Assembly: GCA_017934475.1 (NCBI GenBank)
Contig: JAGBJN010000010.1
Coordinates: 11,411-75,410, forward strand
From: Clostridia bacterium
GTDB taxonomy: Bacteria > Bacillota > Clostridia > TANB77 > CAG-508
Direction of reading: 5' to 3'
Length of the DNA: 64,000 nt
The notes beneath the pieces are model-generated. The model was given only the letters and a program-made list of their open reading frames with translations, had not been told where the DNA came from and ran no database searches. Position numbers and translations under genes: made by a program. This document shows, piece after piece, positions 57,841 to 64,000 of the stretch (positions are counted from its first letter, which is position 1; the number at the start of each line of letters is the position of its first letter).

Positions 57841-59013
57841 TTAAGATAATATTTTCTCAATTTTATCACTTGCAATTTTATCTCTTGAAGATATACTATG
57901 AACATAATATTGATTTGTTATATTAGTATCTGCATGACCTAGCCTTGCAGATAAAGTAGGTATATCCATATTATTACTTGCAAGTAAAGTCGCATGAGTA
58001 TGTCTTAATCCATGAACTGTAATTTTATCTAGTTCATTCTTTTCTATAAATTTTGAAAACCAATCTGTTATATTATCTGGGTTTAATAGACCACCATTTT
58101 CAGCATAAAATAACATGCCAGAGTTTTGAATATCTATAACTTTTTTATTTTGATTATACCATTTTTTGTATGCTTTAATTTGCTCTATTACAGCTTTAGG
58201 AATAGTTATTGTTCTTATGGATTTTTCACTTTTTGGAGTTTTTAGATATACACCTTTACTTGATGAATATTTACATTGTTTTTCAATATGTAATAAGCCA
58301 TTTTTTAAATCAATATTATCCCAACTTAAACCTGCTATTTCGCCCCTTCTCATTCCTGTATATATTCCAATTTTTATAATGGTTTGCCATTTTATGTTTT
58401 CATCTTCTAAATAAGCTAATAGTGTTTTAGTTTGTTCATCATCATAAAATTGAATATTTTTCTTTTTGAATTTTGGAGTTTCAACCTTTTGAGCAGGATT
58501 ATAACCTAACTTTCCCCACATAACAGCTTTATCTAACATTCTTCTTAATAGTTTAAAAACTTCGTTTTTACTTTTATCAGATATAGGTTTATCTGTTTTA
58601 GGTTTATTGGCTCTGTCTTTATACTTGTTACTACTACTAAATTTCTTTTCTTTGTCTAAATCCTTTTTGAATTTATCAATAATATATACATTTAGATCTT
58701 TTAATTTATAATTTCCGAGTTTTGGTATTATTCGTAATTCTATATCTAATTTATATCTATTAACTGTTTCTTCAGAAATTTCAGATTTTATAAAATCAAG
58801 CCATTCGTAAGCAAAATCTTTAAATTTCACATTGTTATTTGTTGCAAAATTACCTGTTTCATATTCCATTAAGAATTTTGCTTTTTCTCTTTCAAGTTCC
58901 TTGTCATTTTTAGCAGTAACAGTTTTTCTTATAAAGTTTCTTTTGCCATCTTCTTTAAAGCCACAAGATATACTCAAACGATATGTATTTTGTCCTCTTT
59001 TCTCTACATTCAT
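57841..59013 (-). CDS. int: tyrosine-type site-specific integrase
   Basis: C-terminal catalytic region HGLRHTHATLL ... LGHADTNITNQYYVH. ATG lies 8 nt after GAGGAGGTG. Confidence 0.9.
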   Translation of the reverse strand: MNVEKRGQNTYRLSISCGFKEDGKRNFIRKTVTAKNDKELEREKAKFLMEYETGNFATNNNVKFKDFAYEWLDFIKSEISEETVNRYKLDIELRIIPKLGNYKLKDLNVYIIDKFKKDLDKEKKFSSSNKYKDRANKPKTDKPISDKSKNEVFKLLRRMLDKAVMWGKLGYNPAQKVETPKFKKKNIQFYDDEQTKTLLAYLEDENIKWQTIIKIGIYTGMRRGEIAGLSWDNIDLKNGLLHIEKQCKYSSSKGVYLKTPKSEKSIRTITIPKAVIEQIKAYKKWYNQNKKVIDIQNSGMLFYAENGGLLNPDNITDWFSKFIEKNELDKITVHGLRHTHATLLASNNMDIPTLSARLGHADTNITNQYYVHSISSRDKIASDKIEKILS

Positions 59014-59065
59014 TACTTTTTCACCTCCTCTCAAATGATATTAATAGTCTATATTTTGGTATAGA

Positions 59066-60043
59066 TTATTTTTTACAATTACTACAAATTGTGTCAAACA
59101 TATCTGTTGTTAAAAAATATTCTCCACATTTATAACATTTTCTAGCATATATTCCATTTTGCATATCTGACAATATTTCTAATTTCATCAATCCTAGCAA
59201 AGAACCATAAGTATATGTAGTTTTTAATTCTTTTTGTCTTGAATATATAAGTACATTAATATCTTCACTAGGCTTTTCAAATGGGATATTCTCATACAAA
59301 ATATCTAGTATTTCATTGTAATAAGTAAAATAATTGTTTATATCTTCAAAATAAACATCTTCATTATTATAAGAAGATAACCAATTGCTAATATTTTCAT
59401 TTAGTTCATCATCAACTTCTTCATAAGGATTAATAATGCTTGTCATACTACCTTTATATAATTCTTTCCAAAAATTAAAGTCTTGATTTTCTTCATTGTT
59501 ATATATAGATAAATAATCTTTAACAAAATATTTTATTTTAGATTGATTTAAGTTTAATCCTAAAAATCCATATTTTTTTATAAATTCATAATAGTTATTG
59601 TTTCTTGTTTCTACATCATCAGAGTAACAATTTAAAAATTCTAAATAGATTCTATTATTTTCTTCTAATAATGATAAAGGATTATATAATTCAATATCAT
59701 ACTTCTTGTTAAAAATATTTAACATATTATTTTTAGGTCTATTATTAGGCAAGTTTTTTATTCTAATCCATTTGCTACTCGATAGATTGGCTTTTAATTC
59801 ATCTTGAATTTTACTAAAGTTAGTTAAATTAAATTTTTTATTTTCTTCTAATCCTAATATTTCATCTACAGATTTATTAGTTATTTTAGATAATTTTATT
59901 AGGATATTAGCATCTGGAACAGACTTATCTTTTTCATAAGAAGCCCATGTTTGTCTTTTAATATTAAATAATTCTGCTATTTTGTCTTGCGACCAATTAT
60001 TATCAATCCTTAACTTCTTTAAATTCTCTCCTATACTATTCAA
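59066..60043 (-). CDS. XRE-HTH protein with a 260-aa C-terminal domain ending in a zinc ribbon
   Basis: HTH region WSQDKIAELFNIKRQTWASYEKDKSVP. C-terminal CYKCGE...CSNCKK. TTG start after AAAGGGGA. Confidence 0.7.
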   Translation of the reverse strand: MNSIGENLKKLRIDNNWSQDKIAELFNIKRQTWASYEKDKSVPDANILIKLSKITNKSVDEILGLEENKKFNLTNFSKIQDELKANLSSSKWIRIKNLPNNRPKNNMLNIFNKKYDIELYNPLSLLEENNRIYLEFLNCYSDDVETRNNNYYEFIKKYGFLGLNLNQSKIKYFVKDYLSIYNNEENQDFNFWKELYKGSMTSIINPYEEVDDELNENISNWLSSYNNEDVYFEDINNYFTYYNEILDILYENIPFEKPSEDINVLIYSRQKELKTTYTYGSLLGLMKLEILSDMQNGIYARKCYKCGEYFLTTDMFDTICSNCKK

Positions 60044-60348
60044 TGTAATTCCCCTTTCACATTATTTTTCAGTTAAGGTGGGTATCACTTACTTTGTGAT
60101 ACCACCTTAGACTATTATAATTGCGATTACATTGTCAATTACGAAAATGGCATAAAGAAGAATAAATATTAAGTCAAGTCATTTTATACATTTTCTTCAT
60201 TGACAATAAAGATTTTGATTTTACCTAACAAAACTTTACTTTTCTATATTAAAGCATAATAAAGTAAAATTGTCAATACATTTTGTTATAAAATTATGAT
60301 AAATGTTAAATAAAAATAACAAAGTTATAAAAAATAAACAAAAACTAT

Positions 60349-60376
60349 TGACAAACAAAAAATACTATGTATAATA
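60349..60376 (+). promoter_or_regulatory. promoter of the xis-rep operon
   Basis: TTGACA, 16-nt spacer ending in TG, TATAAT. Confidence 0.5.
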
Positions 60377-60434
60377 TAATCAAACTTGATTTGAAAATGC
60401 AAAAAGAAAATTTTAGAAGAAGGAGGACAAACAC

Positions 60435-60629
60435 ATGGACAGTAATATTTTATCAGCAAAAGAGGCTGCGAAATACTTAGGGATTTCTTATTGGCTTATA
60501 TTAGAACTTGTTAGAAAAAAAGAGATTCCACATACTAAACTTAGTTCAAAGATAATATTTAGAAAAGAAAGTTTAGACAATTACTTGTTAGAAAGTGAAC
60601 AAAAATCAGTAAAAAAGGAGATTAATTGA
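60435..60629 (+). CDS. xis: excisionase-like (MerR/Xis-type) HTH DNA-binding protein
   Basis: LSAKEAAKYLGISYWLILELVRKKEIPHTKL; 64 aa. Confidence 0.7.
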   Translation: MDSNILSAKEAAKYLGISYWLILELVRKKEIPHTKLSSKIIFRKESLDNYLLESEQKSVKKEIN

Positions 60630-62545
60630 GTATGGTAGAAGAACAAAAAAATAATACTCAGGTAAATGCTTTGAATGTTGGCACAGAAAAGCATACTGAA
60701 TATTATTCTTATCTAAATGATTCTACTGCTATTATACAGGAAAGTGGCGAAAATATCAATACTAATCAAGAAAAATTTACAGATTTTTTGTTCAAAGGCA
60801 CTCAATATAAAGTTATAGATGGCTCTTTATATGTTTCTTCAGAAAGAAAAGGCAATACTACTACACGAAAACTAGCTAATTTTGTTCCCTTTTTAAGAGG
60901 AGAAATTACATTAGATAATGGAATAGAAATAAAAAAATATCTACAACTTAGTGCAATACATTGTTCTGGTAAACATCTACATACAATAAGAATACCTGCT
61001 AGTGAATTTAATAATATGAATTGGATCACAAAAAATTGGGGTTTAAATTGTAATATAGAAACAGGACAAACAGTAAAAGACTATATAAGACATGCAATAC
61101 AATGTACTGCAAAAAATGCTAAACAAAGTAATATATATACTCATACAGGGTGGACTAAAATCAATAACAAGTTAGTATTTTTATGTAATGGCTTATATTT
61201 AGATGAAGATATAGAACAATCTGTTGAATTAGATGGAAAATTAAGTAGATATTGCTTAACTGATATAACTAAAAGAAATATAGATGAAGATTTAAAAAGC
61301 ATATTCAAGTTATTAGATAAAGAATTTGTATCACATGAAATTATACTACCATTACTTGCATTTGCTTTTTTATCTCCATTAAATCATTTCTTAAAAGTTG
61401 CTGATTGTGAGCCTAAATTAGTATTATTTCTTATTGGAAAAACAGGTGTAAAAAAAAGCACAATTTCATCTTTGATATTATCATTCTTTGGAGATTTTAC
61501 TAATACAGATTTACCAATATCTTTCAAAGATACAGGAAATAGCATTATAGAGCAAACATTCATATTAAAAGATGTTCTAACAGTAATTGATGACTTCCAC
61601 CCATCTAATAAGTTAGATGAGCAAAATCTTAATAAAAATGCACAAACAATAATGAGAGCCTATGGAGATAGAATTGGAAGAAACAGATTAAAATCTGATA
61701 GTACACTTATGGTTGCAAAACCACCAAGAGGAAATGCAATACTTACAGGAGAATCTGCACCAGATATTTCTGAAAGTGGTACAGCAAGGTATATTGCAGT
61801 TGAATTAAAAAAGGGAGATATAAACACAGATAAATTAACAGAATTACAAGAAATTGCAAGAAAAGATACATTTAAAGCAATAATGAGTTTTTATATTAGA
61901 TGGCTATATTTCACAGTAGATACATTTGGAGAAAAAAGATTTTCTGAACAATTGCGAGATAAATTTATTGGTTATAGAAAATTATTCGGAGATCAATTAA
62001 AAAATGAAAATGTATCAGTACATAGTAGAACAACAGAAGGACTTAGTCATTTATTATTAGGGCTAGAATATTTTTTTGAATGTATTACAAATGCAAAAAT
62101 CATAACAGAAGAAGAAAGTGATAATATACTACTTGAATTTATTAATATATTGGTCGATTTAGCAAAAAAACAAACAGAAAGCGTAAAACAGGACAAACCT
62201 TCTATCAAATTTATTACTAAATTAAATGCACTACTTGAAAGCAGACAAGCAATAGTATGTGATAAAAAAAACTATATGTATGCAGGAGGAACAGGCTTTA
62301 TAGGGTATGAAGATGATGAATATTATTACTTGATACCAGATATTTCTCACAAAATGGTTAAAAAACTATGTGAGGAACAAGGCGAATCATTCCCTACTAC
62401 ATATAAGAGTTTATTATCACATTTAAAAGATGATGGATTTATAGAAGTGGCAAATGACTCAAATACAAAGCAGTTAAGATTAGGCACAAAAACAAGTAGA
62501 TTTATATGGTTAAAGAAAAATGAATTTTATAGTGTAGTATCATAA
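60626..62545 (+). CDS. DUF927-like replication/primase-helicase-type protein with a deviant P-loop
   Basis: 639 aa. FLIGKTGVKKST P-loop-like region and VIDDFHP Walker B-like region. Start overlaps the xis stop. The family call is tentative. Confidence 0.5.
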   Translation: MSMVEEQKNNTQVNALNVGTEKHTEYYSYLNDSTAIIQESGENINTNQEKFTDFLFKGTQYKVIDGSLYVSSERKGNTTTRKLANFVPFLRGEITLDNGIEIKKYLQLSAIHCSGKHLHTIRIPASEFNNMNWITKNWGLNCNIETGQTVKDYIRHAIQCTAKNAKQSNIYTHTGWTKINNKLVFLCNGLYLDEDIEQSVELDGKLSRYCLTDITKRNIDEDLKSIFKLLDKEFVSHEIILPLLAFAFLSPLNHFLKVADCEPKLVLFLIGKTGVKKSTISSLILSFFGDFTNTDLPISFKDTGNSIIEQTFILKDVLTVIDDFHPSNKLDEQNLNKNAQTIMRAYGDRIGRNRLKSDSTLMVAKPPRGNAILTGESAPDISESGTARYIAVELKKGDINTDKLTELQEIARKDTFKAIMSFYIRWLYFTVDTFGEKRFSEQLRDKFIGYRKLFGDQLKNENVSVHSRTTEGLSHLLLGLEYFFECITNAKIITEEESDNILLEFINILVDLAKKQTESVKQDKPSIKFITKLNALLESRQAIVCDKKNYMYAGGTGFIGYEDDEYYYLIPDISHKMVKKLCEEQGESFPTTYKSLLSHLKDDGFIEVANDSNTKQLRLGTKTSRFIWLKKNEFYSVVS

Positions 62546-62551
62546 AATTTC

Positions 62552-62860
62552 TGATACAACTGATACACACATAAAAAATTCAATAATAGTAACAGTTTTA
62601 AGTTATCAAAAATTTATAGATAATCTGTTACAAAAATTGATACAAAATTATCAAATTTGTATCAGTAAATAAAAAAGTTAAAAAGCATTGAAAAATCAAG
62701 TTTACAACAATCTGTATCAAATGTATCAGAAAAAATAAATATACAGTTAAATAATGGGGCTAATAACTTATATTTTTTCAGAATTAATTTTGCAAGATTC
62801 GCCTTTGTATATACATACAAGAGGCATTTTGAAAAGGGGCAAGCCCCTAAAACCCCTTTT
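62552..62860. promoter_or_regulatory. putative oriT/iteron field
   Basis: TGATACA at 62552, 62561 and 62638. The inverted copy TGTATCA at 62658, 62713 and 62722. A G+C-rich inverted repeat AAAAGGGG-N13-CCCCTTTT at 62832-62860, just upstream of mobC. Confidence 0.5.
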
Positions 62861-62877
62861 AAGATATGGAGGTAAAC

Positions 62878-63186
62878 ATGGTAAAAAATAAACAATTAAA
62901 TATCAGAATAAGTGAAGATGATTTCAATTATATAAAACAAAGAAGTAAAAAAGCTAACTTAACAATAACTGGATATGTAACTAAATCTGCATTAAATAAA
63001 AAAATACTTGTAGCAGATGGATATAAAGAGTTTGTATGCGAATTAAGAAAAATTGGTGTTAATATAAATCAAATAGCAAAAAATAGTAATGCAGGAATAA
63101 ACACCAATCCAGACATTCGTGAATTTCAAAAGGATATTAATAATATATGGCAATCGTTAAAATCTTTTCCTCTAAAGGAAGTTTAA
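62878..63186 (+). CDS. mobC: MobC-family relaxosome accessory protein
   Basis: RISEDDFNYIKQRSKK (RHH-like) and GVNINQIAKNSN signature. ATG after GGAGGT. Confidence 0.8.
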   Translation: MVKNKQLNIRISEDDFNYIKQRSKKANLTITGYVTKSALNKKILVADGYKEFVCELRKIGVNINQIAKNSNAGINTNPDIREFQKDINNIWQSLKSFPLKEV

Positions 63187-64000
63187 AAGCCATATTAAAA
63201 TATATTACAAATCCAGAAAAAACTGATACAAGCTTAATTTCAGGAAAAGATTGTGTACCAGAGAGTGCTTACAATGAAATGATGAGTGTAAAAAATATTT
63301 ACAATAAAACAACAGGCAATAATTATTTTCATGTTATACAATCTTTTTCTCCTACAGATAAATTAGATTATCAAAAAGCACATGAAATAGGATTAAAATT
63401 TGCAGAATATTTTAAAGATTACCAAGTTGTAGTTGCAACACATAAAGATAGAAAACATGTACATAATCATCTAGTTATAAATTCTGTTTCATTTGAAAAT
63501 GGAAAAAAGGTACACATGAGTAAAAACGATTTAGAGGATTTAAAAGAATATTCAAATAAATTATGTAGTGAGGAAAATTTAAGTGTTATCAGTACAAAAA
63601 AATCAAAAGTTAAAGATGTAAGTAAAAATGAGTTAGCAGTTGCACAAAAGGGAGAAAGTTGGAAATTTAGATTGATGAACGATATAGATTATTGTATATC
63701 GATTTCTAATACCAAAGAAGAATATATAAAAAATATGAATAAATTAAATTATCAAGTTACATGGACTGACACAAGAAAATACATTACTTATACAACTAAA
63801 GAAGGTTATAAGTGTAGAGATAGAAGTTTGCACGATACCAAATATTTAAAGGAGGCAATGGAAAATGAATTTAGACAATCTAAAAGAAATAAACAAAGTA
63901 ACACAGCAATCGGATATAATACAACCAACAATAAAGATGGAGTATTATCTAATAGCTCCAGAAATAATGAAAGATATTTACGAATGGAATCAAACAATGA
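63147..64000 (+). CDS. MobA/VirD2-family relaxase (N-terminal part; runs off the window)
   Basis: Not in the ORF track. My translation is MAIVKIFSSKGSLKAILKYITNPEKTD...YFHVIQSFSP...ATHKDRKHVHNHLVINS (HxDxxHxH-type motif) and stays open to nt 64000. Confidence 0.85.
   Translation, partial: MAIVKIFSSKGSLKAILKYITNPEKTDTSLISGKDCVPESAYNEMMSVKNIYNKTTGNNYFHVIQSFSPTDKLDYQKAHEIGLKFAEYFKDYQVVVATHKDRKHVHNHLVINSVSFENGKKVHMSKNDLEDLKEYSNKLCSEENLSVISTKKSKVKDVSKNELAVAQKGESWKFRLMNDIDYCISISNTKEEYIKNMNKLNYQVTWTDTRKYITYTTKEGYKCRDRSLHDTKYLKEAMENEFRQSKRNKQSNTAIGYNTTNNKDGVLSNSSRNNERYLRMESNN

Larger units (their letters stand above)
57607..64000. mobile_element. integrative mobilizable element next to tRNA-fMet; the right end is outside the window
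   Basis: A tyrosine integrase abuts the tRNA 3' end, followed by an XRE regulator, an Xis-like HTH protein, a DUF927-like replication protein, a repeat field, MobC and a relaxase. No T4SS genes appear in the visible part. Confidence 0.7.

Noticed and set aside
62662-62895. 77-aa minus-strand ORF in the rep-mobC intergenic region.
   Set aside because: It has no RBS, runs antisense across the repeat/hairpin field and into the mobC start, and is more plausibly non-coding oriT DNA.

Overview
AT-rich, Clostridia-like Firmicute chromosome, judged by eye from composition, AGGAGG-type RBSs and gene content. It is mostly housekeeping backbone: ddh, corA, an ABC-F ATPase, tex, htrA, ldh, tadA, ffs-dnaX-ybaB-recR, an LCP protein, a DD-carboxypeptidase, comEA and a NUDIX hydrolase. 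There are nine tRNA genes. Several accessory features are interspersed.

1. The left edge (1-2856) carries the end of a conjugative T4SS module: a coupling ATPase, a VirB2-like gene and a VirB6-like gene.
2. The Lys-Glu-Thr tRNA operon has its tRNA-Thr(UGU) split in the anticodon loop by a 234-nt group I (IC3-like) intron. A free-standing HNH endonuclease gene lies immediately downstream.
3. A 2057-aa secreted protein has two beta-helix domains, 14 tandem 77-78-aa repeats and a C-terminal dockerin. The next gene encodes a sortase-anchored cohesin, which suggests a non-cellulosomal cohesin-dockerin display pair.
4. A decaying patch at 30.3-34.3 kb contains two frameshifted genes and a 5'-truncated LRR fragment.
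5. A four-gene GT8/acyltransferase operon includes a GT8-acyltransferase fusion. It sits next to a four-copy tandem repeat in a convergent intergenic gap.
6. An integrative mobilizable element abuts the initiator tRNA-fMet gene and runs off the right edge. It carries int, an XRE regulator, xis, a DUF927-like replication protein, an oriT-like repeat field, mobC and a relaxase.

I saw no rRNA, CRISPR array or transposase. Start codons were adjusted by hand from RBS spacing. All family assignments rest on motifs I recognise in the translations, not on database searches.
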